NCBI GenBank assembly: GCA_017453565.1
Contig: JAFTEQ010000072.1
Coordinates: 5,720 to 69,719, forward strand
Reading direction: 5' to 3'
Source: Bacteroidales bacterium
GTDB lineage: Bacteria > Bacteroidota > Bacteroidia > Bacteroidales > UBA932
DNA: 64,000 nucleotides
Positions 1 to 8,722 of the stretch are shown piece after piece. The number at the start of each line of letters is the position of its first letter. Position 1 is the stretch's first letter. Under the pieces are notes generated by a model that was given only the letters and a program-made list of their open reading frames with translations, was not told the DNA's origin and ran no database searches. The position numbers were made by a program, and so were the translations under genes.

Positions 1-364
1 GACCCTGATGGACGACGCCACCCTCGAACTCATGAAGGAGATCGTCTATGCCGACGCCGTGAAGCGCGTGCATTTCGGTCTTGATTACTTCGACGGGGCC
101 ATCAACCGAATTGGGGCCTATGTGATTGGTGCGCGCAGCGCCCAGAAATCGATGCTGCAGGCCCTTCTGTCGCCGGTTGCAAAGATCCGCGCCTACGAGG
201 ACGCCGGCCGTGGCTTCGAGTCCCTGGCCTTGCTCGAAATGGCCAAGACCCTGCCTTGGAATGCGGTATGGGATGAGTTCTGTGTACGCGAAGGCGTGCC
301 GGTGGGCGAAGAGATCATCCCCGTGATTGAACAGTACGAAAAAGAGGTAACCTCCAAGCGTTAA
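1..364 (+). CDS. rhaA: L-rhamnose isomerase, C-terminal part (5' end outside window)
   Basis: GLDYFDGAINRIGAYVIGAR...ALL and LPWNAVWDEFC match the RhaA C-terminus; directly upstream of rhaD. Confidence 0.9.
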   Translation, partial: TLMDDATLELMKEIVYADAVKRVHFGLDYFDGAINRIGAYVIGARSAQKSMLQALLSPVAKIRAYEDAGRGFESLALLEMAKTLPWNAVWDEFCVREGVPVGEEIIPVIEQYEKEVTSKR

Positions 365-367
365 TCT

Positions 368-1185
368 ATGAAAGCATCCGTTTTGGAAGGCAGGCCGGGT
401 CTCGCCGCCGCCATCGCACAGGTGGCGGAAGTTGCGGGCTATCTCTGGCAGAAAGGCTGGGCCGAGCGCAACGGCGGCAACATCACCGTGAACGTTACGG
501 AATACGTTGACGACGCCCTGCGGGCCCTGCCCGCGTTGGAACCCGCCCGTGAGATAGGGGAGAGGCTGCCGCATATCGCGGGTTGCTGGTTCTACTGCAA
601 GGGCACCGGCCGCCGGATGCGCGACCTCGCCCGCGCGCCCATGGAAATGGTTCCATTATCAGGATCCTTCCCGACGGCGCGCACTACGAGATGGTGGCCG
701 ATGCCCCGGTGGCGCCCACCTCGGAACTGCCCGCCCATCTGGCGGTGCATGACGACCTGCTGGCCCAGGGCTCTCCCTGCCGGGTTTCCCTGCACACCCA
801 TCCCATCGAGCTCGTGGCGCTGAGTCACAGCCGGCGCTGGCTTGAAGAGGATGCACTTACCCGGATGCTCTGGTCCATGATTCCGGAGACCCGTGCCTTC
901 TGCCCGCGTGGACTGGGCGTTGTGCCGTACATGCTTCCCGGCAGCGTGGAACTGGCTGCTGCGACGCGCAGCGCACTTGCGCGCGGCTACGACGTGGTGT
1001 TGTGGGAAAAACACGGCGTTTTTGCCGTCGATACCGATATCCTGGAGGCCTTTGACCAGGTGGACGTGCTTAACAAGGCGGCCCAGATCTATCTCAGCGG
1101 CAAGGCGATGGGCTTCGAGCCTGAAGGAATGTCGGACGGTCAGATGAATGAACTTGCAAAGGTGTTTTCTTTACCTGTAAAATGA
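368..1185 (+). pseudogene. rhaD: Rhamnulose-1-phosphate aldolase, split by a 1-nt frameshift at about 645-647 (real or sequencing error)
   Basis: ORF 368..823 gives WQKGWAERNGGN...RMRDLARAPME; ORF 583..1185 continues NGSIIRI...PTSELPAH...HTHP...WEKHG. Adding one A to ATGGAAATGG joins them as ...PMENGSIIR. Confidence 0.85.
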
Positions 1186-3611
1186 AAAGATTGTTTTTAT
1201 CGGCATCGTGTATCCTGTTCTATGCGACCCTTTGTGCTGCACAGGACCTCGTGCGCGACTCCCTGGAAATCTTCAAGACCGCCCAGAGCTCCGCTGCATC
1301 CCAGATTCAGGGGCAAGTGGCCGGAGTGCGTGTCTTCTCCCTGGACGGGATGCCGGGCGGAACGCAGGGCGTGTATGTCCGGGGCCTGAACACGCTCCGT
1401 GCCGACAGCCGGCCCCTTTGGATCGTGGACGGGACCCTCATCGATTCCCCCCTCTCTTCTGACGAAGATGCCCTCTGGCAGTACGGTGAGGCCGGCTATG
1501 TCTCGCCGCTCAGCCGCCTAGCGCTCTCCCCATACGAGATTGAAAGCATAGAGGTGGTGAAGGACCTGTCGGCTGCGGCCCTGTATGGGGCCCAGGGAGC
1601 CAACGGGGTGGTCATCATTACCACCAAAAAGCCCCGCAGGGGCGACGCGAACGTGCGTTGGGACTCCGGCATCGGGCTGGGCGTCCCGTCTCCCGGGGGC
1701 GATCCCTGGCGGACGGCGTTCTTCCACAACCACAACCTTTCTGTGAGCGGGGAAGTGGCCGGCGCGGGGTACAAGTTTTCGGGCTACCTGCGGCAGGAAG
1801 ACGGGGTCGCGCCCCGCACGGGCGATACTACGGGCGGAGTCGCAGCCGGCTTCTACAGCCAGAAGAGCGCCCGCATCCAGTTCGGGCTCAATGCTTTCCT
1901 TAATTATAACAAGGGTTCCCACGCCTCCGGCACCGCCATGTTCGGACAGCCCTCCCTGGCCATCCTGGCCCGTTCCGCGGACCGTTTCCCCGGCGACAGC
2001 GTAGCCGGCTGGAAGGAAGGGGTCGACGACGATTCGGAGTACGTGCGTACGCTCACCTCGGCCTTTCTGGATTTCCGCATCCTCACCTCGCTGCACTTCC
2101 GGCTCAATCTGGGCCTGCACCTCGTGAACAGCAAACGCTTCCTCTGGTTCGGGAACGAGACCTCTTTCGGCGCTTCGGTCAATGCCGCGGCCGGATTCCT
2201 GGGTTCCACCGCCTTCGACAGCAATCTTTCGGCGGAACTTGGCTGGAACCGCTATTTCGGTACGGACCATCACGTTGTGGTGAAACTGGGTGCGGAGGCG
2301 CTGAACGACGTGCGCAAGTCGGACAATCTTTGTGGCAACGATTTCATTACCGGGTCGAAGCGCGCCTACGGGCTTGCCCTTATGGGAAGCCGTGCCCAGA
2401 CCCGCAAGTTCATGCTGGAATATCATCGCAAGGGCGCTTATGTGAGCGGTTCTTACGACTATAAGGGGCTCGCCGGCCTGTCGGCCGTGTGCCGCGCCGA
2501 TGTGACCCCCAAATACGACGGTTCCACCCTGTCGGTTTTCCCCGGTGCGGACGCCTGGTTCCATCTGGGCAGGCTTCTTCCCGGTGCCGGCGGTGCGCTG
2601 TCTTCGCTCCGGCTCAAGGCCGGTTACGGCGTGTCGGGCCGGGAGTACAGCATGCCTTATGAATTGAGCGCCTATTACTTCGGCGGGGCCGTTCCCTATG
2701 TTCCCGAAGCGGGCTCCGAGTTCCTGCACGACGGATTCGAGCGGGTGCGCAGCCGCGAATGGCACGCCGGCGCCGACCTGGCCCTGCTTTCCGGAAAACT
2801 GAGGCTCTCCGCCCAGTGGTACGACAAGGACACCGAGGATGAATTCAGTATCTACTGTTTCGGCAAGAAGGGGGCGACCCTGGGCCTCTGGTACGAGTCG
2901 GGCCGCGAAAAGGTCCGTACCCACAGCGGGCGCATCTCCAACCGGGGCCTGGAACTGAACCTCGACGCCGACATCCTGCAGAAGCGCGATTTCGCGTGGC
3001 GGGTGTGGGCGAACGCGGCCTTCAACCGGAACCGTGTGACCGAACTTGCAGTCGCCGACGAACTCGGCAGGACGGTGGGCGACGGCCTTACCGTCACCGG
3101 GCACATGGAAGGGTATCCGGCGGGCGTGCTGGTATGCTACGATGTCGCAAGTGGAGAAAGGATCGTGGTCGGCACCTCGCAGCCGAAGCAGACCGCCGCC
3201 CTGGGGACCACTCTCCGCTTTGGCCGGATGAGCGTGGAACTGCTGGCCGACGCGTCTCTCGGCTTCGACATTGCCAATATGGACCGCCTGCTTGCCCGGG
3301 GGTTCAATTCCGACACGGACAGCGACGGCGTGTACGACGCCTATGAACTCACCGCCAACCACGTTGAGCGGGGCGATTTCGTTCGACTCGCCCGGGCCGG
3401 GCTGAGTTATTCCGTTCCGTCGCGCCGTATCCGCTTCGTCAAGGACCTCAGCGTCACGGCAGGTGCCTGCAACCTCCTGGTGCTCACCTCCTACAGCGGG
3501 TGGAACCCCGATGTGAACTGTTTCGGAACGGGAGCCCTTTCGCAGGGTGTGGATTACGGTTCCTATCCCCTTGTAAGGACCCTGTTCCTGGGTATACGTG
3601 CCAACTTTTAA
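1182..3611 (+). CDS. Shortened SusC/RagA-family TonB-dependent receptor (809 aa)
   Basis: Signal peptide; plug motifs PLWIVDG and IESIEVVKDLSAAALYGAQGANGVVIITTK; C-terminal DYGSYP...LGIRANF; no N-terminal carboxypeptidase-like domain. Confidence 0.85.
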   Translation: MKRLFLSASCILFYATLCAAQDLVRDSLEIFKTAQSSAASQIQGQVAGVRVFSLDGMPGGTQGVYVRGLNTLRADSRPLWIVDGTLIDSPLSSDEDALWQYGEAGYVSPLSRLALSPYEIESIEVVKDLSAAALYGAQGANGVVIITTKKPRRGDANVRWDSGIGLGVPSPGGDPWRTAFFHNHNLSVSGEVAGAGYKFSGYLRQEDGVAPRTGDTTGGVAAGFYSQKSARIQFGLNAFLNYNKGSHASGTAMFGQPSLAILARSADRFPGDSVAGWKEGVDDDSEYVRTLTSAFLDFRILTSLHFRLNLGLHLVNSKRFLWFGNETSFGASVNAAAGFLGSTAFDSNLSAELGWNRYFGTDHHVVVKLGAEALNDVRKSDNLCGNDFITGSKRAYGLALMGSRAQTRKFMLEYHRKGAYVSGSYDYKGLAGLSAVCRADVTPKYDGSTLSVFPGADAWFHLGRLLPGAGGALSSLRLKAGYGVSGREYSMPYELSAYYFGGAVPYVPEAGSEFLHDGFERVRSREWHAGADLALLSGKLRLSAQWYDKDTEDEFSIYCFGKKGATLGLWYESGREKVRTHSGRISNRGLELNLDADILQKRDFAWRVWANAAFNRNRVTELAVADELGRTVGDGLTVTGHMEGYPAGVLVCYDVASGERIVVGTSQPKQTAALGTTLRFGRMSVELLADASLGFDIANMDRLLARGFNSDTDSDGVYDAYELTANHVERGDFVRLARAGLSYSVPSRRIRFVKDLSVTAGACNLLVLTSYSGWNPDVNCFGTGALSQGVDYGSYPLVRTLFLGIRANF

Positions 3612-3623
3612 ACGGACAGAACG

Positions 3624-6600
3624 ATGAAAAGATTCATTTATACCTATATCGTTTTGCTGCCTGTCCTCCTTCTGCTGCCCGCAGGGCTTTTTGCGCAGGA
3701 AGGGATGGTCGCCGTGAGCGGAACTGTCCGTGACGACAGCGGACAGCCCGTCGCGGGCGCCGTCGTCATGTTGGAAGGCAACACCGCGCACGCCGCCGTT
3801 ACCGATATGGCGGGCCGCTACCGGCTCTCGCTTCCCGCTTCCGTCAGGAATCCGCGCATCAACGTGAACTGCATGGGCTTCGTCGCCCAGACCGTTGAGG
3901 CGGGGAGCCGTACGACCCTCGATTTCGTGCTCCGTCCCGACGCGGAGCAGCTCGAGGAGGTGGTGGTCGTGGGCTATGGCTCCATGCGCCGCAGCGACCT
4001 CACGGGCTCGGTGGCATCGATCCGGATCGACGAGAACGATGCGGCCCAGAGTACTTCCTTCGACAAATTGCTGCAGGGACGCGCCGCAGGCGTGCACGTG
4101 GTGTCGAATACCGCGGCGCCGGACGGGGGTGTTTCCATCCGCATCCGGGGCCTTTCCACCTTCAACAGCTCCGGTGAACCGCTCTACGTGGTGGACGGTG
4201 TCATCCTGAACACGACGAACACCACGGCCGTGATGTCCAAGGGAACCGACAACGGCGGCTCCGACGAGGCCACCAACGGCCTCATGGGCATCAATCCGCA
4301 GGATATCCAACACATAGAGATTCTCAAGGACGCCTCTGCCACGGCCATCTACGGCTCGCAGGGGGCCAACGGCGTGGTGCTCATCACCACCAAGATGGCC
4401 AGCCGCGACAAGCTCTCCATCAGTTTCAACGCCGGAATCGATGTGAGCCGGGCCTATAAGAAGATGCCGGTCATGAGCTTCGACGAGTATGTGGAGTACC
4501 TGGAAGCCATGGGTTCTACGAGCGCTTTGAACGCCATCTATACCGACCCGGCCAACCATGATGGCCTGAAAGTGGAACCGATCGACTGGCAGGACTATGT
4601 GCTTCAAACCGGCATAAGCCAGCGCTACTTCTTCTCCATTGCCGGTAAACCGGCGAAGACCTCGGTCCGCTTTTCCTTTGGCTATACCCGGTCCGAAGGC
4701 ATCGTGCGCACCACGGGCTTCGAGAACTACACCATGCGCCTCAATCTGAGCAGGCCCATCGGCAAGCGTGTGAGCGTGGGCCTGAACTACGGCCTTTCCT
4801 ATGTGGACTCCCGCCTCACCCAGGGGGCGTCCTACGGACGGCTCAACGCCGCCACCTCCATGATGCGGAGTATGCTCATGACAAGGCCCTACCGCTATCT
4901 GTCCGAGTCGGACGACGAAGATCCTGAAGACGCCGACGACGGCGGTACGAGTTTCAGGTCCGGCCCGGACCGCTGGTTCAATGATTTTGACAACAGGAGG
5001 GAAGAACTGCGCATTACGCCCAATGCCTTCGTGCGGGTGAAACTGGCTCCCTGGGTCACATTCAAGATACAGGGCGGCGGCGACTATCGGATTTCCGAGC
5101 AGAAGAAGTGGAAATCGAACCGCATCAACACGGGCGCCGAAGGATCGGTGGCCGGGGTGACGCATGTGGACCGCCTGTCCTTCAATATGGACAACCTGTT
5201 CGAGTTCAACAAGAAATTCGGCCGCTTCCATGCCCTGTCGGGAACGGCCGGCATGACCCTCTCGAGCGGTTCTACCTTCACCTATGGCCAGCAGGGCTGG
5301 CTCATCGAGCAGCGGCTCGGACAGACCAATTCCATTAATACGGCTCCCTACGCCTCCTATTCGTTCTCGGAGGCTGCCAACCAGCTGATGTCGTGGCTGG
5401 CCCGCGGCGTGTACAACTACCGCGACCGCTACGTGCTCACGGCCACCTATCGTTTCGACGGCTCCAGCCGTTTCAGCGGACGCAACCGCTGGGCCGGGTT
5501 CCCCTCGTTCGCAGCGGCGTGGCGCCTGAGCCAGGAACCCTGGTTCCGGATCGGGGCCGTCTCTTCGGCCAAACTGCGTCTGGGATGGGGGTGCGTGGGC
5601 AACCAGGCCCTTTCCAACTACCAAACCGTTCCCGGTTATTCCCGGCTCTCCTACGCCGACCATAGCGCCAGCAACACGGCCGCGCTGAATGTGGGCCTGT
5701 ACCCCGGCAACCTCGCCAATCCCGACCTGAAGTGGGAGACCACCGAGCAGGTGAACGCGGGTCTTGACCTGGGCCTGTGGAAGGGCCGTTTCACCTTCTC
5801 CGTCGATGCCTACGACAAGATGACTTACGACCTTCTGCAGAGCAAGACCATCGCCGGCTCCTATGGCTTCTCCACCATGTGGGCCAACATCGGCACCATC
5901 CGGAACAGGGGACTGGAATTCTCGGTGGAAACCACGCCGATCAAGACCAAAAATCTGGAACTCACCCTGAGCGGCAATATCTCCTTCAACCGAAACCAGG
6001 TGGTGGAAATCGGCGCTGCGGGCGAAAGGGATGACATCTACCTCGCTTCCGGTAAGAAGGTGAACCGGGTTTACTTCCCGGGGTCCACGATCGGGTCGAG
6101 TTCCGTCCTGCAGACCTACATCAACATCTTTGTGGAAGGCGAGCCCATCGGCTGCTTCTACGTGCTGCCCACAGACGGTCTTGTGCAGGAAGGGGAGTCC
6201 GGCATACCCCTGGGCGAGAGCGGAGATCCGCGCCTGCCCGGTTCCATCAAATATATAGATACCAACGGAGACGGGTACATTTCTGATCTGGACCGGGTGG
6301 TTGCCGGCAACCCCAATCCCGATTTCACCTACGGCTTCAACCTGAGTCTGACGTACCGCAGGCTCGCTTTCAGCGCCGCGTTCACGGGTTCGTACGGAAA
6401 CGACATCTATAATGTGAACAGCATGATGGAGAGCAACGTCGCCTCCACGTCCTACAACCACTACCGCGACGCTTTCTACGAGGCCTGGACGGCCGACAAG
6501 CCCGATGCGAAGTATCCCGCGCTGAAACGACTGGAGGGAGCGGATCTTCGCTGGGCCAGCGACCGTTTCATAGAAGACGGGTCGTACCTCCGCCTTTCCA

Positions 6601-6815
6601 CCCTGTCGCTTTCCTACAACGTGCCCGTGAAGAATGGGGGCTTTCTGAAACGCCTTTCGCTCGGCGTCACGGCTTCCAACGTCTGGTTCTGGACCCGGTA
6701 CAGCGGCTATGATCCCGATGTCAACAGTTACGGTTCCATCCTGAGGATCGGCGCCGATATGGGTTCGTACCCGGGCGCGAGGACCTTCAAGGGCGACATC
6801 AAGTTCACGTTCTGA
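3624..6815 (+). CDS. susC: SusC/RagA-family TonB-dependent receptor (1063 aa)
   Basis: N-terminal extension domain, LEEVVVVGYG, ILKDASATAIYGSQGANGVVLITTK, NPDLKWETT, terminal F. Confidence 0.95.
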   Translation: MKRFIYTYIVLLPVLLLLPAGLFAQEGMVAVSGTVRDDSGQPVAGAVVMLEGNTAHAAVTDMAGRYRLSLPASVRNPRINVNCMGFVAQTVEAGSRTTLDFVLRPDAEQLEEVVVVGYGSMRRSDLTGSVASIRIDENDAAQSTSFDKLLQGRAAGVHVVSNTAAPDGGVSIRIRGLSTFNSSGEPLYVVDGVILNTTNTTAVMSKGTDNGGSDEATNGLMGINPQDIQHIEILKDASATAIYGSQGANGVVLITTKMASRDKLSISFNAGIDVSRAYKKMPVMSFDEYVEYLEAMGSTSALNAIYTDPANHDGLKVEPIDWQDYVLQTGISQRYFFSIAGKPAKTSVRFSFGYTRSEGIVRTTGFENYTMRLNLSRPIGKRVSVGLNYGLSYVDSRLTQGASYGRLNAATSMMRSMLMTRPYRYLSESDDEDPEDADDGGTSFRSGPDRWFNDFDNRREELRITPNAFVRVKLAPWVTFKIQGGGDYRISEQKKWKSNRINTGAEGSVAGVTHVDRLSFNMDNLFEFNKKFGRFHALSGTAGMTLSSGSTFTYGQQGWLIEQRLGQTNSINTAPYASYSFSEAANQLMSWLARGVYNYRDRYVLTATYRFDGSSRFSGRNRWAGFPSFAAAWRLSQEPWFRIGAVSSAKLRLGWGCVGNQALSNYQTVPGYSRLSYADHSASNTAALNVGLYPGNLANPDLKWETTEQVNAGLDLGLWKGRFTFSVDAYDKMTYDLLQSKTIAGSYGFSTMWANIGTIRNRGLEFSVETTPIKTKNLELTLSGNISFNRNQVVEIGAAGERDDIYLASGKKVNRVYFPGSTIGSSSVLQTYINIFVEGEPIGCFYVLPTDGLVQEGESGIPLGESGDPRLPGSIKYIDTNGDGYISDLDRVVAGNPNPDFTYGFNLSLTYRRLAFSAAFTGSYGNDIYNVNSMMESNVASTSYNHYRDAFYEAWTADKPDAKYPALKRLEGADLRWASDRFIEDGSYLRLSTLSLSYNVPVKNGGFLKRLSLGVTASNVWFWTRYSGYDPDVNSYGSILRIGADMGSYPGARTFKGDIKFTF

Positions 6816-6826
6816 TCTATGCGCTT

Positions 6827-8722
6827 ATGAAAAAGTTGTTTATCTGCATACTCATGTCGGTAGTTGTGGGAGCCTGCTCGGGTTTCCTGGACGAGAAGAG
6901 CCGGACCCGCGTGGACGGGGACGAGGTCTACGACAGCGAAGACGCCCTGGAGGCGGCCGTCTACGGATGTATCGGCGCGCTCATGGGTGGGAACAACATG
7001 CCGGCCAATACCCAGATGGAGTTCCTGCACAACAGCTCCGGTCTGGTACACTGGGGTTATTCCACCACCCGTCTGACCGATTCCCAGGAGCGCTGGATCG
7101 GGGCCCTGGCCCTCACCATGTATGCCAGGAATTCCTACAACTATGCCGGATTCAAGCAGTATTACGTCTGCATCAACCGTTGCAACCGGCTCCTTGAAAA
7201 ACTCCCCGACAGCCCCGTGGAGACGGCTTTCAAGGAAAAGATTCATGGGGAGGCCCTGTTCTTAAGGGCCCTGTGCTATTTCTATCTGGTGCGGCAGTGG
7301 GGTGACGTGCCCGTGTACATGTCCTCCTCGGTCAGTTCCGTGGGCGAACTGTCGCCGCGGGTGAGTTTCTGGGAAGTCTACCGCCTCATTGTGGAGGACC
7401 TCAAGAACGCGGCTCTGCTCATGAAGGATTATTCCGCCGACCAGGCTCCTACGGGCCGCGGCTGCAAGTGGGCTGCGAAGGCCCTGCTTTCCGAGGTGTA
7501 CCTTACTATCGGAACGCTCCTGGCCCATCCCGACGACAACTTCTGGAATACGGCCTTGCGTACACCCGACTTCAGCGCGGTGGGCGTGTCTTCCGCCGGC
7601 GATGCGTTCCGGCTTTCGCTCGCGTATTCGGAAGACGTCATCGAGAATGGTCCGTACACCCTCGCGCCCAACTACGCCAAGCTTTTCCGCTGGACCGACC
7701 CCGAGGACTGGGCGTTGGGAGAGCGCATCTTCTGCCTCACGGCCGGGCCCGATGTGTCTTCCGGCAACAACCTCGCCGCCTATTCCCTTCCGCAATACCC
7801 CGAGGGTACGGTCGACGTGGCCAACGCTGCGGTGAATTACGGGATCTGGAGGCCCGACCGCTGGCTGTTCCAGATCTGGTGCGAGGCTTACGGCGGTAAG
7901 AAGGGCTCGGGCTCCAGCGCCAAGTACATCTTCGTCTCCAGCCCCGATCCGCGTCTGGACGTGACCATCTGGCACACCTCGTACTATAAGATCAACACCG
8001 ATCCGCCCACCAAGGTCAACCTCTATCCCACCAACAGCCGCATCCGTTACGCCACTTCGCGGGTGTATGAACCCTACTACAAGAAATACCTCGATCCCAA
8101 ATTCAACGGTGCCGGCGCGTCGTGCGACATGTATATCCTGCGTTTCGCGGAGATGTACCTGAACGCCGCTGAGGCCTGCGCCAACCTGTGTACGGCTAAG
8201 GGTGACGCGTATTGGAACAAGGCCTTCGCCTATATCGGGGTTATCCACCAGAGGGCGCGGCACAAGCCCGACGGGACCGAGGCCACGCAGCCCATATGGG
8301 CGGCGAACCGCTTCGACACCAACCCCACGCCCATCAACGGCCGCAACGACAATGAAGGCCCCTGGGATCCCGTCCAGGGTCTCATAGACGGTATCTTCTG
8401 GGAGCGGGTGTTCGAGATGTCGGCCGAGTGCCACGAGTTCTTCGACACCCACCGCATGGGGGCCCGTTGGCTGGCCGACAACATTGCGGCGCCCAAGAAC
8501 AGGTTCCTGCGTAATCAGATGCAGCAGTACAGCAATGCCGCCAACGACGAGACCGGAAGGGTGAACGGCTATACGTCGCGCCTGTACGGCGACCCCGATT
8601 TCCAGTACCCGACGGACCCGCAGGAGTTGCGTAAATCGCTCCTCTGCGCATTCCCGTACAGCGAAATCATGTACAATTCCATGATCAGCGAAGCGGATCA
8701 GAACGATTATTACATCAGATGA
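6827..8722 (+). CDS. susD: SusD/RagB-family lipoprotein
   Basis: Lipobox VVGAC; GEALFLRALCYFYLVRQWGDVP, LRFAEMYLNAAEA, ERVFEMSAE; follows susC. Confidence 0.93.
   Translation: MKKLFICILMSVVVGACSGFLDEKSRTRVDGDEVYDSEDALEAAVYGCIGALMGGNNMPANTQMEFLHNSSGLVHWGYSTTRLTDSQERWIGALALTMYARNSYNYAGFKQYYVCINRCNRLLEKLPDSPVETAFKEKIHGEALFLRALCYFYLVRQWGDVPVYMSSSVSSVGELSPRVSFWEVYRLIVEDLKNAALLMKDYSADQAPTGRGCKWAAKALLSEVYLTIGTLLAHPDDNFWNTALRTPDFSAVGVSSAGDAFRLSLAYSEDVIENGPYTLAPNYAKLFRWTDPEDWALGERIFCLTAGPDVSSGNNLAAYSLPQYPEGTVDVANAAVNYGIWRPDRWLFQIWCEAYGGKKGSGSSAKYIFVSSPDPRLDVTIWHTSYYKINTDPPTKVNLYPTNSRIRYATSRVYEPYYKKYLDPKFNGAGASCDMYILRFAEMYLNAAEACANLCTAKGDAYWNKAFAYIGVIHQRARHKPDGTEATQPIWAANRFDTNPTPINGRNDNEGPWDPVQGLIDGIFWERVFEMSAECHEFFDTHRMGARWLADNIAAPKNRFLRNQMQQYSNAANDETGRVNGYTSRLYGDPDFQYPTDPQELRKSLLCAFPYSEIMYNSMISEADQNDYYIR

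Noticed and set aside
631-660. Programmed frameshift or phase variation in rhaD
   Set aside because: A 3-nt A run is too short, and no slippery heptamer or stimulatory structure is evident.
1518-6461. Very long antisense ORFs (1647 aa here; also 42629..45838, 48710..52504, 38293..40608, 59096..61765, 61746..63935)
   Set aside because: They shadow well-supported genes on the other strand. Strong GC3 bias avoids TTA, CTA and TCA codons, so antisense frames stay open. No recognisable motifs.
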